A stretch of 64,000 nt of DNA from the human T2T-CHM13v2.0 reference genome, Homo sapiens: the NCBI RefSeq assembly GCF_009914755.1, contig NC_060931.1; one strand, written 5' to 3'. The position numbers were made by a program, and so were the translations under genes. Below, piece by piece: positions 25,650 to 45,304 of this stretch (its first letter is position 1; each line of letters opens with the position of its first letter). Under the pieces are notes generated by a model that was given only the letters and a program-made list of their open reading frames with translations, was not told where the DNA came from and ran no database searches.

Positions 25650-26299
25650 AATCATTAGCATTGTTAGTTTATGACAAGTACCTTCAAAGTACTCAATAAA
25701 AATATCGTTCATTTTCTTCACAATTTCACATACGATTTCTTCGTTACATATTAGTATCAATTTCCCTTTTGCTATCATGTCCACTATCATTCTGTTGAAA
25801 CATTATTAACAAACATAAAACCAACTCACACAGAAAGCATAAGAATGGATTTCAGGATTTCTGAAGGGTTTCGAGTAGAAAATACTAATTCAAATAGAGC
25901 GAAAAGTCCTAAGAAATATAATATTTCCATCTGGGAGTATGAGAAACAGAAGGGGCAAATGTAGACACAGGACACTAATCTTGGCAGAGGTTGGAGGAAA
26001 ACAAGGGTGCTGCTAAAGGAGGTAATAATGAAGTAACAACAGACCTCTTCAAAAACGATGATCCAGTATTCCATTCAAAGAAACTTTCAGGAATAGCAAC
26101 CAACTCAGGCCCTCCCTTTCTAATTTCCTCAGGAACAAATATGTCTTTTCGTGCATATGGTGGAAAAGACAAGTGTTAGTGAGGAGAAAAGAGGGAGGCT
26201 ATGAACCATCTCTGACCACTCCTTCCCCACCCACACTAACAAGCATACTCAAAGCCTGCCTTAAATGTGCCTTCAAGGCTGACATGATTTAGTAAAATA

Positions 26300-29200
26300 T
26301 CATTGGCTAGAACAATCTCTAATCTTATCAACTCATGAAACTTCTTAAATGTAGTACAAAATCTCTTGCCATATGACTTAAATTTTCAAAGGATCTTTTT
26401 GACTGCTGTGTTAATAACAGACTACAGAGGGCAAGGGTAGAAGCAGGAAAACCTGTTAAAAGGCTGCTGCCATTACCCAGCAAGAGATGATGGTGGCTGT
26501 GGAGACAGTGAAAACTGGTTGAATTCTGGATATGTTTTAAAGTTACAGCCAACAACTTCCTGAAGGAATGAATGTTGGATAAGAAGATAAGACAGCAAGA
26601 GTCAAGAATGACTCCAAGGTTTCTGGCCTGAGCAACTGGAAAGCTGCCAAGAACTGAGATGAGGAAGGCTATGTGGACAGAGTAGGTATGAGAGAGCAGG
26701 TTTGGGAGGGAAAAGCAAGAATTCCATTTTGGACATGTTGAGTGTGAGATGTTTAAGAGCCATTCAACATAGGCAACTGGATATAAAAATAAGGAGTTAC
26801 GGAGAGAGATCTGGGCTGAAAAAATTCATTTGAGAGAAAAATATTCAAAGCCACCAAACTAACAGAGATTGCTAAGGGAATGAGCATAGATAGAGAAGAT
26901 AACCAAGGAGTGAGCCTTGGGATATTCCAATGTTTAGAGGTAGGCAAAAAGGAAAATCTACTAAGGAAGACTAAGGAGGAGCAGCCAATGAATTTTGAGG
27001 AAAACCAAGTAAATGTAGTAGCCTAAAAGGCAAGTTAAACAAGTATATCAAAGACAAGGAGAAAATAACTTTGTCAAACGTAGATCATCACCCAAGATAA
27101 TGACAGAACTGACTACTAGATTTAATAATGTCATTTGTTGGAAGACATTAACAAAAGCAATCTTAGCACAGTGGTAGGGGCAAAGCCTGATTAGAACAGG
27201 CTTAAGAGAGAACATGAGAAAGAAATTAGGACAAGTGCATTTAGACAATGCTTTAAGGGGTTCTACAGAAAGAGAGCAAGAAAGAGCAATTGAGGGAAGA
27301 TATTTTTATGATGAAAAAAGTAACAGTATGCTTGTATATTGATAGGAATTATCCAGAAGAGACAAATTGATGATATACAGAGAGAAGGGAGAATGGCTAG
27401 GGCAATGTCCAGAGTAAATCTATAGGAGTTACATACTACACTGTATATAAAGAACCTTGGAGAGTGGTTGGCATAAAAAGAACTTCACAGTTCATTAATG
27501 CATTAATCAGAGGACCTGGGACTATATAGAAACATAGAGAGTAAATCTATAGTAACACAAAGACAGCAGCAAGGTCTATTGAGTACAGATGTAGTCAATA
27601 CATACATGTGGTGGCAGGAGTCTGTAAGTGTTCTTCTGACTGCTTGCATCTCACAATGAAGTAGAAATCAGGTCCATCAACTGAGAGTGAGTATGAGGAA
27701 GAGTGTTGGAAGTTTGAAGAGAAAAGCAAGGGTACAAACTAAGTCATCTATGAGAGGGGAGACTGAATGGACTAAGAAAATAGAGTACAATTGCCAGACA
27801 ATATTCAGGGCAAGAAACCTGAGGTTTCTTACCATGAATTTAAAGTGAGGGCAGTTATCATATTTGTATTTTTCTTCAGTCACTTTCAGCCGCACAGATG
27901 TAGATATGAAGTACTCAAAGAGTTGATTTACCTAAGATTGAGGTTTTTGCCAACTAATTATGAAAAGGGCAGAAAGGAGCAAGTGAGTTGAAGGCATATG
28001 CAATATGACTGGCGATTGAATTATACAAGGTAAGGAAGGAAGAAAGGAAATCAACGGGGCAAGGTACAGTGAAAAGGCAATAGAATCAGTGGACTGACAG
28101 TTTTAATGACGGTGAGGAACTGTTGAGTTGAGGTACCAGGTAGAATGGGCTGAAAAGACAGCAGTCAGAAAGAGCTTAGAAAAAATGAAGAGGTTTCAAG
28201 TTATTGGTAATAACAAGGTATATGACATGATCATGAGGCCAGGTGTGGTGGCTCACACTTGTAATCCCAGCTCTTTGGGAGGCCAAGAAAGGAGGACTAC
28301 TTGGGGCCAGGAGTTTCAGACCAGACTTGGCAACACAGCAAGACCCCATCTTTACAAAATATCTTTTTTAATGCATAAAAAAGATAGGACCATGAAGTGC
28401 CTTAAATGGGCTAGAGAGTAAGATCATTAAAGAAGACATTTAGAAATTAAGAGGTCACAGTATTAGAGGGACCATAGTGATATATATTGAAATTATCAAG
28501 AATTAAAAGAGACTTAGTGTTAGAAGAATGACAATGAGCCAGGAGCTAAACCAGTCAAGAAAAGAGAAGGTGTAACCCAGGTGGCAGTAGATGCCAGCAA
28601 ACATGAGGATTTACAGACAATATAACCTGTTAATAGACAAGTTTTAAGGAGAACAAGAGAATGGTGGACAACTGCCCCATCTCCAGGCTCTTGGTTCCAG
28701 TCAGTGGAACCAGGCTCCCTCTTGACTCCTGTTCAAATGGAGTAGGTCAGAGCAGGAAAATGGTTGGTTGGTTGGTTGGTTTGTTTGCTTGTTTGTTTTT
28801 AGAGACAGGGTCTCACTACGTAGGCTAGGCTAGCCTTGAACTGAGCTCAGGGATCCTCCTGCCTCCACCTCTCAAGTAGCTGGGACTGCAGGTGTATACT
28901 ACCATGCCTGGCCAGGAAATGTAGTTTCAAGTCTCAGTGCATAGGACTCCCCACTGATCCTTGATGACATTATCAGAAAAAAATGAAATATTTAATTGCC
29001 AATGTATAAGACAGCCAGGGGAAGCAGCATCCTCAGCAAAGTACGAAGTAGACAAAATGTTCAGAGAAAGACAAACAAGGATACAGGAAATTTTGCTGAT
29101 GATAGACTGTGAATTCCACTGGGTTGCACAATGGCAAGATTTCAAGAGTTGAAGAGGATTGAAAAAAATAGTAAATACACCAAACCTTGTGGGGACATGA

Positions 29201-29340
29201 GTATCACCTAGGAGACTGATAGTAACTGACATAGAAAGGGAAAAGGGATAAAGAACATAATGAGATTAGTCCTGGTGGACTAATACAAGTAGCAGTGTCA
29301 AAGCTATGAAAATTGGAGGAAGGAATGTGGTATTTGAAGC
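26300..29340 (-). mobile_element. Long L2 remnant with two Alu fragments (~28236-28360 +, ~28780-28913 -)
   Basis: gagtcaagaatgactccaaggtttctggcctgagcaactgga, ttttggacatgttgagtgtgagatg, purine-rich + strand typical of reverse L2. Confidence 0.85.
27419..27496 (-). repeat. Arm 2 of the 78-bp inverted repeat, inserted in L2
   Basis: Inverted copy of 25572-25649; junction palindrome attaatgcattaat at 27494-27507. Confidence 0.95.
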
Positions 29341-29777
29341 TCCCTATCAATGGAAGACAACAGTTTGGGGAATCATGCTTTTGGTCTCAGTACAAAGGGC
29401 CTCCCCTTAAACCTTAATAATGGCTTGCAAAGAAACTGTAATGCACTTGTAAGGTGTTATAGAATTTTTTGAAACTAATAAGGAGGTTAGAATAGTGCTT
29501 AGCATCTAATAAGCGCTCACGGATAGGCTTTCATTAGCTAATCAAATGTAAAATATAAGTATTGTATCAAAAAAAAGAGATTCATTTATAGATTCCTTTC
29601 CTCAGCTATTAAACAAATGGGTTTCCCAAGTGATTTCAAGAAAACCTGTACCAAAAAAAAAAAAAAAAACTCAGAAAACTCATTTGAGAAAAAGGAGGAA
29701 GTCTTTGAGAAGGTAAAGTCCTATATAGTGTCCATCAATCTGATAACTGGCTTCTCTAAAAAAGTACCACCAGCGGT

Positions 29778-30116
<339 letters not shown>

Positions 30117-30524
30117 CTACTTCTATGGTAGATTAACTTATTAATCCAACAAGCAAATATTGAGCACCTATTATGTGCCAAGTACTATTCCCAGAACCTG
30201 GAATACATCAGGGATCAAAACAAATATCCCTACCCTGGAAAGAGATCAACAACAAACAGTATATATATTAATTATATGATATGTCAGAACATAAGTGTTA
30301 TAGAAAAAAGTAAAACAGTGCATATATTAGAGGAAAGGGGCCTGAAATCCAAGTGTAAATAAATAGAGTAAGTAGACATCCAAAGTTTTCTCCAATAACA
30401 TCCACGGAAAAGGCCCTAAGACCTTTCCATTTAGTTTTTGCCACTAGTTTGCATTATTAAATTCTTTTCTTCTTCTATTTTTTCTTCAAGCCACCAATTT
30501 TACTCTATTTTACTTCAGCAGTAG

Positions 30525-30720
30525 ATAATAGCTAACATTTATGAAACATTTACCACATAGCATTGTTCTAAGTGTTTTTAAAAGATTAAATAATTACATC
30601 CTCACAATAGATCTATGAAATAGGTGTTCCTTTTGCCTCAATTTTACAAGGCAGAAAACTGAGGCACAAAAATATTAAGCAAAGTTTCCCAAGATCACAT
30701 GGTTAGCAAGTAGCAGAGCC
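30525..30720 (-). mobile_element. MIR
   Basis: attttacaaggcagaaaactgaggcacaaaaatattaagc...cccaagatcacatggttagcaagtagcagagc (MIR core). Confidence 0.8.
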
Positions 30721-30767
30721 CTGGAGAAACATATACAATACATATTCCCTATTATGAAATTTAAGAG

Positions 30768-33003
<2,236 letters not shown>

Positions 33004-33504
33004 TCATTCATCCAATTAAGTATTTATTGAGCATCTACCATCAACCAGGTTCTGTTTGGGTTGCTTAAAATAGATTAGTGAACAGAACAGACCAAAAAAA
33101 AATCCTCTGTCCTTATAGTGAAATAATTCTATGCTACCAAGCACACTCAAAACTATCTTCCCCTAAATACTATTTTAAACACATCACTATCATGACTTAA
33201 AAACAACAATAACAACCTTGCAATGATTCCCCTCTTATCAGCATCTAATTTTCTATGCCTTAGTTCAAAACACTTGATAATCATTTTCTATTGTATCCAT
33301 ACAGGTTCATTTTCCATTACTCTCTGATTCAAGGGAATTCCAGGCAGGCCAATCTTCTGATTACCCCTCAAACACATTCCTTATATTTCTATGTGGTCAA
33401 GTGATTACTGAAAATATATGTTTAGTACTTAGACATTGTTTTACAAGTGTACTGAATTAATAGAGAAATTCAAAGATGAATGTTTTTTATTCCTTCAAAT
33501 GCAT

Positions 33505-33720
33505 AAAAACAGCAAACACTTAGACAAAGCGACGATGTGCCAAACACTATTCCAAGCACTTTATATACATTAACCCATTTATTCCACACAACAATCCTGG
33601 TATCTCCATTTTACAAATGAGGAAGCTGAGTCCCAAAGACGGTAAAGTAACAACCTAGGTCTCACAGATAGTAAGTAAGTGGCAGAGCCAACATTCATAT
33701 GTAGGAAGCCTGGTTCCATA
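33505..33720 (-). mobile_element. MIR
   Basis: ctccattttacaaatgaggaagctgagtcccaaagacggtaaagtaac...gtaagtggcagagcc. Confidence 0.8.
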
Positions 33721-34097
33721 CTACCCAGCATACTCCCAGCAGAAGTAATAAAAACAAATAGAGTTCAAAACTGAAACTGAAAACTACATTCGACTATAAA
33801 AAGTTATGTATAATTAATCCTTTACTCCAAATAATGAAGAACAATATTTCCTCTAATATGTCAAGTTTAAATTATAGAATTTAATAGTATATAATAAAAA
33901 CCACAATCTACAAACATGAATACACCATCTATCATTCAGAGTTCCCCAAAGCTGAAAATACTTGCTAGGCATGACAAAGAATATATGGTGACACAGGTCT
34001 AACTTGTGTTCTTTTGTTAGCATGCATATATTAAAGTATTTTGCTGTCATCCTTGCTTTCATCAGAATCAAAATAGATTTGAATACAATCTTTAAGG

Positions 34098-34377
34098 TTT
34101 TTATGTTTGTTTGTTTGTTTTTGAGACGGACTCTTGCTCTGTCACCCAGGCTGGAGTGCAATGGCATGGTCTTGGCTCACTGCAACCTCCGCCTCCTAGG
34201 TTCAAGTGATTCTCCTGCCTCAGCCTCCTGAGTAGCTGGGATTACAGGCACATGCCACCATGCCCGGCTAATTTTTCTATTTTTAGTAGAGACAGGGTTT
34301 CACCATGTTGGCCAGGCTGGTCTCGAACTCCTGACTTCGTGATCCACCTGCCTCGGCCTCCCAAAGTGCTGGGATTA
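34098..34377 (-). mobile_element. AluS
   Basis: Reverse Alu, 5' end clipped. Confidence 0.93.
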
Positions 34378-36538
34378 AAAGACTGCCAGCTTTACTTTTT
34401 GGAAGCAAAATTCACATGTAGGACTAGGTCCTGTATGACAGAAAAAAATTTAGGAGAAGCAAAAAAAATCCCCAAAGCATTTAACTCATATAGGTACTCT
34501 TCAACCTATCACCAACTTTACGGCTAAAGGATCTTTTAAAGGGTTTCTAAGGACTCATAGAGAATTCAATTATTTTATAACTGATTACATAAAATTAAAA
34601 TCCAAAGGCAGAGGTTTTTTTCATAAAACAATCCTGACATATTAAAAGATAGGGAGTGCCTAACTACAACATTATCATTTTCTTCTCTTTCCAGTTTCCC
34701 CTGCTCTTCAGGCAGAGAAAAGACATAAATTTGTCAGGTTTTGAGACGGAGAGATTAAAACAAACAAACCAGGACAGGGATGCTAGTTTGATTTGGAAAA
34801 GGCTAGACTGTATGTAGCCTCTCCAACTAGTAATGACAGCCTAACTAGAAAAGAAAAGGTATGTAGATAAAGGCAGCCAAAAAAACAATGCCATCAATGC
34901 CATAGGCAAAAATCCACAGCAGCTACTATTCCCCACTTTATTTTCTGCCTCTCCTCCCTTTTCCTGGGTAAGGAAAGCACCCAAAGCACCCCCAAGGCCA
35001 CTCACAGAAAACCAATTTCTTCCCAAGCACTGTATGAATTAAAAAAAAAACATAAACTATTAATAATTTGAGATTAATTCAATTTAATCTCAAATTTTCG
35101 AACAGTTTGGAAAAGATTTTTCAAACAGGGAGTCGTTTTCTCCTCTCCTCACCCACAGCAACCCACTATGACACTCATAAAGTCATCCCATACTCCAAGG
35201 GATTAAATACAAATTTCCTGGGGAAAACACTGGATTTGGCAGCTATCACTGAAGATATTCCCAAATACTAAGGTTCTCCTGTATACCCTATATTTGATAT
35301 TTTCTTCCCTCCCACATACACTGGTGACAGCAAGAAAGATGGATAATCCTTCTCAAGATTCTCTACACAATGGATATCTCAACTCAAATCTCAAATCCAA
35401 AATTAAAACATGAAAACCCCTGTTAAAACAAACCCCCCAAGGAGAAGGCAATGGCTTTCTATTCTAGTGTTCATTTTCAACAGCACACACGATCAGCTAA
35501 ATGAGGAAGTTTTAAAATGTCAAAAATATTTCTGTCATATTACTAGAATGAAAGAGGTCTAAGGATAGAGGCGATGCCAACGAAAAACAGATTATTTCCC
35601 AATAATGTACTATGTTGCATCATCTTAATCACTATTTCCCAAGTCACTAAAAGGTTCATGGCATTATGATAGGTCCTATATTTTATAATAACAATAAAGA
35701 AAATGGTAAAATTAAGTTTAATTTTAAAATTATAAGCACAGTTGAGATGTTTTCAGACTCAACTGTGGGAAACTTTGAGATCCACATGCTACATACAGTA
35801 GAGGAATACCTGAGACATTGAAGGAAGCATGAAGATAATAAGTGGCAATACAGTATTATTCATCTACCTCATTTACAAAGCGAGAAACAAGAAACCTACT
35901 TTTTTCCCCCAGCTTTAAAATAAAATGTAAAATTTTCCTTCACAAAACAAAGTATGCTATCCAGAAATACACAACAGATCCAGAAAGTTGGCTTAATGCA
36001 GGGTCTACAAACCAAAACAAAGAATTTAAAAAAAACTTCAAAGTTCACAGAACTTAAAAAAAAAATTCCAACCAAAACATATACGGCTGATGTTTAACCA
36101 GACCTGTTTTTTAATATTACCTGTGCAAAACAAAGATATCGAAGTAAATGAAAGGATAAGTTTTCATTTCACAATCTCCCTGTATACTTCCTCAGCCTGC
36201 GGACCTACCTTTATTCATCCTTAAAGGGAGTTGGTAGCTAGAAATATTTAATGCCCTACTTCATCAGAATTTTCTTTAGCTCTGATCAGGCCATTATTAA
36301 AGTCATCCAGTAATATTTACTGGTTATAGCTATTCAAATGTGAGTAGTCTCCTAATAACCGTTCTGAACTAATATACACATAGGAAGCAGGTAAGGCCTA
36401 AATTTCTCTTTTACAAATGAAGTATGTTCATTTCTCTTACTGTAATAAAGATAATATTTCTTTATTTTCCAAGCTCCTATTCTCCAGTGAATATCTTTAA
36501 AATCATTCAGAAACACTGGTAGCTATTTTCTACTAAAC

Positions 36539-36854
<316 letters not shown>

Positions 36855-37401
36855 TGAGGCTGTTATTGGAGTAATCATCTATCACTTTCTTCGCAAAAGC
36901 TGGGCTTGGATAACAAATTGCAGTTTACTATCAAAGACAAATAGACCACATTTCCTCAGTTCTCTACTCTTCAAAACCTTGGTGTCACTTTAGGGCATGA
37001 GGGACTAAAGAGAAGATGGAATCAATTATCTGACAAATCCTGTAGAATTTCCATCCTAACGTCTCTCAGAATAGCTCCTTACCTCAGTGGCTTGGTCTCT
37101 AATTTTTCAAACAAACCTCAAGTGTCATCCCCAAAATATGCTGCACACTATTGAACGAGTAATCTTTCTGAAAAACACTCTCATGTTTTCTCCTGCTCCC
37201 TATCAACCTCTACTGGCTTCTTATTGCTTAGCAGATTAAATTCAACCTGACACCAATACACCTTTCATAATCTAGCTCTACCCTACTAATACAAATTTAT
37301 CTGCCACCATTCCCAGTAATTAACACTTTATTCCATTGAGATCAGACTCCTTACATCCCTCTCACATCATGCTAGCCCCTATCAAGTGTTTGCTCATTCT
37401 T

Positions 37402-37773
37402 TACTGTGGTCTAAATGTCTCCTCCACAACGCATATTGAAATTTAATTGCCAGTGTGGTAGTATTAAGAGTTGAGGCCATTAAAAGAGGTGATTAGGCTA
37501 TGAGGGCTCTACCCTCATCAATGATAATGCCATAGTAATGGAAGTAGGTTCCTGATAAAAAGCAAGTTCTGCCCTCTCTGTTCTTGTTCTCTCACCCTCT
37601 CTTGCTCTTCTACCTTACACCATGGGATGACATAGCATGACGGCCCTGCCAGATGCCAGTGCCATGTTCTGGTTCTTCCCAGTCTCCAAAACCATGAGCC
37701 AAATACATTTCTGTCGATTATAATTATCCAGTCTGTGGTATTCTGTTATAGCAGCATAAAATGAACTAAGACA
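37402..37773 (+). mobile_element. MST-family (ERVL-MaLR) solo LTR
   Basis: Start tactgtggtctaaatgt, gaggtgattaggctatgagggctct, end ttctgttatagcagcataaaatgaactaagaca. Confidence 0.85.
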
Positions 37774-38089
37774 TGCTTCCATTCCCTATATAGAACGTAC
37801 ATAATGTTCTCCTTCTGGATATGCTAGCCTATACAAACAGTACACAATCTTTATTCAAGACTCATCTTCTTCAGGAAGCCTCACTCCTAGGACTTTAGTC
37901 TGAAGATATCCCTGTACAAACAGACTGGACTCATACTACATGTAGCACACATTATTTGTACACTGCTTTGGACAGTGCTAATTATATCATTATGAAAGTA
38001 TTCTTGACAAGATAAACTCTACAAAGAAGTTCTGCCAAATTTTCCAAGAAGTGGTTCCATAAGCAAAGTCTGTTTGAAAAATTGATTAA

Positions 38090-42148
<4,059 letters not shown>

Positions 42149-45100
42149 TTATTAAACTGAAGAATATGGATTCCTTTTAAAGCCAAGATTAGGGAGGTGA
42201 AAAAAGGGAAGATTTCTAAATCCAAACTGCTTAAACTGATAAGATATTTTTTCATTCCTTTAAAGCACACAAAATCATTTTTAAAATAAGACTCCCCTAA
42301 AGCTAGGAGTTCATCCACTGGCAACACCCTTTCTTTAACAAATGAGTTGCAAGTTATCGCTAGTACTCCCATTTAGACTCAAGTTGAAGGGCATTACAAA
42401 AACAATTTTATTTTTCTGCACTTTGTCATTTGATTATAACTGTCTCATCCTAATTTTATAATAGGCCAACTTTAAGCGATTCATGTTCAAAACCTTCTTA
42501 CAGAAATAATCTATTGATCTCAAGAATTCAACTACTCAACCTGGCAGAAAGTATTCCAAATTATCAAAAGAAACCATGAAAATATGAAGCTTCAGTGTTC
42601 ATAACGTTAGATCAAAAAACTAAAACCAAGCAAAACTATTTAGAAATCTCAGCTCCCTATTTCCTATCAAAATGTTAAAGAACTTTAGATATCTTCTTTA
42701 AACGTACTAAAGATACAAAAGTAAATTCCTTTTGACTTCAGAGGGCTGAAATGAAGAATTCAGTAACTGCGGGCAAAAATTATGGAGGGGAAAGAATTAC
42801 TTGAGAAAATATTTCGTGAGACAAATACCTTTTTTTAAAAAAAAAGATGTATTAAAATCACTTACTCCCTTCTACCAGACAAACAATCCTCTCCTAGAAC
42901 TCACTGCTTACAATTCAGCCAAGTATGACTGCCAAGAGTTTCTAAACCTGTGTTAGGATTTTTAAAAGTGGAAAGCTTCTCCACCAGTGTATTACAACAA
43001 AAAGTATATTTTTTAGAGTTAAAGATCAACTATTAAATACACTCCTACTGATAAACTAAATGTAAGTGATTAAAAAAAACCCAAAACTCAACTTGTAACT
43101 TAGCACAAAGTTTGCTATATAAATTGCTTGCAGTTCTAAGAGTAGGTATTTATTTGGTCCCCCAAATTGGGGCTTAAGTGGCTGAAAGAAAAAAGTTTTA
43201 TAAACAGCTTTTCTAACCTTAGTTTACATTTGGTAAAACAGACCATTTATCACAATCAAGTGAACATAATGCCAAATGTTAAGATTCCAAATTTTACAGG
43301 TAAAATTTGTAAAAATTACAATAACCCAGTAATGGACTGCCACATGAGACTGTCACTGATTTTAAACATTTTTACATATATCTTAAGAATACAATGTCAT
43401 GTAAGTCATGTTTAAACTTGGGATGTATGTATTTGAACTATGTAATCTTGGTTGCTTTTCTGGTAATTCTTTATCTCACAGTGGTCTGATTATAGCCAGG
43501 GCTGCTTCTTCCCATTTTACCATTAGTCAGTACATCTTAATTTTGCTTTCACCAAAACATGGACATCATAAGCCACCTCTTGCTTCCAGTTTTCTGCTTT
43601 TTACTGTAGATAACAATGACAGTGAGTTCCACCAAATGCATGTATGTGCACAGCTTTGTCATTCTTTTCCCAGCCCCCTTCTTTTCTATGAGAAAAATAC
43701 GAGGAACTTAGGTTTATATAAAAATGTCGATTTTTCTTTTGCATACATAACTAATGGATTTTCAAGACAAGACAATTTATTCTGATAACTATCATCCTAG
43801 AAATGTCAAGAGAACTTCCCAAATCCAAAAATAAGAAGAAAATCTGATATTAACTGGAGAGGAAATTTCCACTCAAATCATAAATAAAATGTCATCAATT
43901 AAGCTGAACATCAATAAAACTCAGTCAAAAATCAAGCCTCAATACAGAACCCACACATAACCCACATGTAATCAAAATATCACTTATATTTGCTAGCGGA
44001 GTTCACAGATGAATTCTGTATGTGCGCCAGATTTATCTTATTTTGTAATGCTGGGGTTAATATTTATTGGTATAAATCAGGGCCCACACTAAGTGTCCTG
44101 GGGAGAGGCAATCCAAAGAACGCTTAGTAGCATGATAAAACCGGTCCAAAACGAAAAAAAAGAAAAAAAGCCAAGTCCTAACACAACAGAGCGAATAAGC
44201 GACAAATAGATCACAGAAAGCAAAACGAAAACGGTCCTCTCCGGAGTAGCCTGAATAAAAGATCTTCACTCATAACGTTTAATAGTATCCTACCTCACTT
44301 CATTCACTTCCCAACTTCCTTTTACTTTTCAAGGGCCACCACGGGGCTTCCCTTTTTCTGGAAGTGTATATTGAAAGGATCTGTACAGGAAAGAGGGAAG
44401 GAACGGACAATTCTCAAGAAGGCTGAGAAACAGGTGGGTTAGCAGGAGGAGCATAATCTAGATACTTAAGGGGCAGCTTTAAGATGACAGATGTGGTGGA
44501 AGGAAAGACTGCAAATCGGAAGCAGCTCTAGTGTGGCAGATACACTGTGGGCTGATTGCAAGCACCAGAGGGGGGCAAAGGCTAACTCCAGAGTGGTAGC
44601 AGTGGAGCAAAAAAACAAGCAGCAGGACGAGTGGGCAATGAGCAGTGGGATTAATGAGCAGCAGCAGCCAACACGGATCAGAGTGGAAGTGATGGCTTTG
44701 GTCTTGGGAGACGGGGGCCAGAGGGAAAGGACGTCAGACAGGGAACAGGGGATTGGGGAAACAAGGAGGGCTGAGACCTAAGAATCCTGCCCCGGTGAAA
44801 ATGCAGGGGGAAAAGCTGGAGACCAAAAGCCGCCTCGGCTCCCCAATTAAAGAAATTCTCGAAGGAGAGTCGCTGCTTGCCGCCGCGCTGCCTTCTGACC
44901 CGCTCCCTTTTCCTTATGGTAACTGCTGTGGCGTAAAGGGGAGAGGGAGGAAGAGGAGGAGGAGGAAGAAGACCAAGGAGGAGGAGGGTGAAGATGAGGC
45001 GGGGGGTGGGGAGAAAGGGGGGTGCGGCCTGTACAGTCCCAGCGAAGCCTCCGCTCTCTCGTAGCCGGTCAGCCCCGGGTTTCCCCTAAGCCCAGCCCCG

Positions 45101-45262
45101 CATAGACTCACCCGCCTGCCTTGCCTCGCTTTTCCCTCAGCCGACTCCACGGGCTGCCGCGTCCTCACAAGAAACCACCGAACGAGCGTCGGGGAAAAAA
45201 CTCTTCAGAACCGGGCCTGATTGCTTCAGCGAGTCCGACCTTTACGGCTGAGAGAGAGACTC

Positions 45263-45301
45263 TCAGCTTTCGGTGGGTTCCACAGCCAGACGGGCCACCA
45301 T
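45263..45301 (-). other. Candidate uORF MVARLAVEPTES*
   Basis: ATG GTG GCC CGT CTG GCT GTG GAA CCC ACC GAA AGC TGA; Kozak A at -3 and G at +4. Confidence 0.5.
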
Positions 45302-45304
45302 CTT
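45294..45304 (-). promoter_or_regulatory. YY1/TISU-like motif
   Basis: AAGATGGTGGC versus consensus AAGATGGCGGC. Confidence 0.6.

Noticed and set aside
25826-26179. Overlapping ORFs and a GTGAGT donor-like site in the unique segment inside the inverted repeat
   Set aside because: No recognisable protein, weak exonic donor context (TGT|GTGAGT) and no good acceptor found
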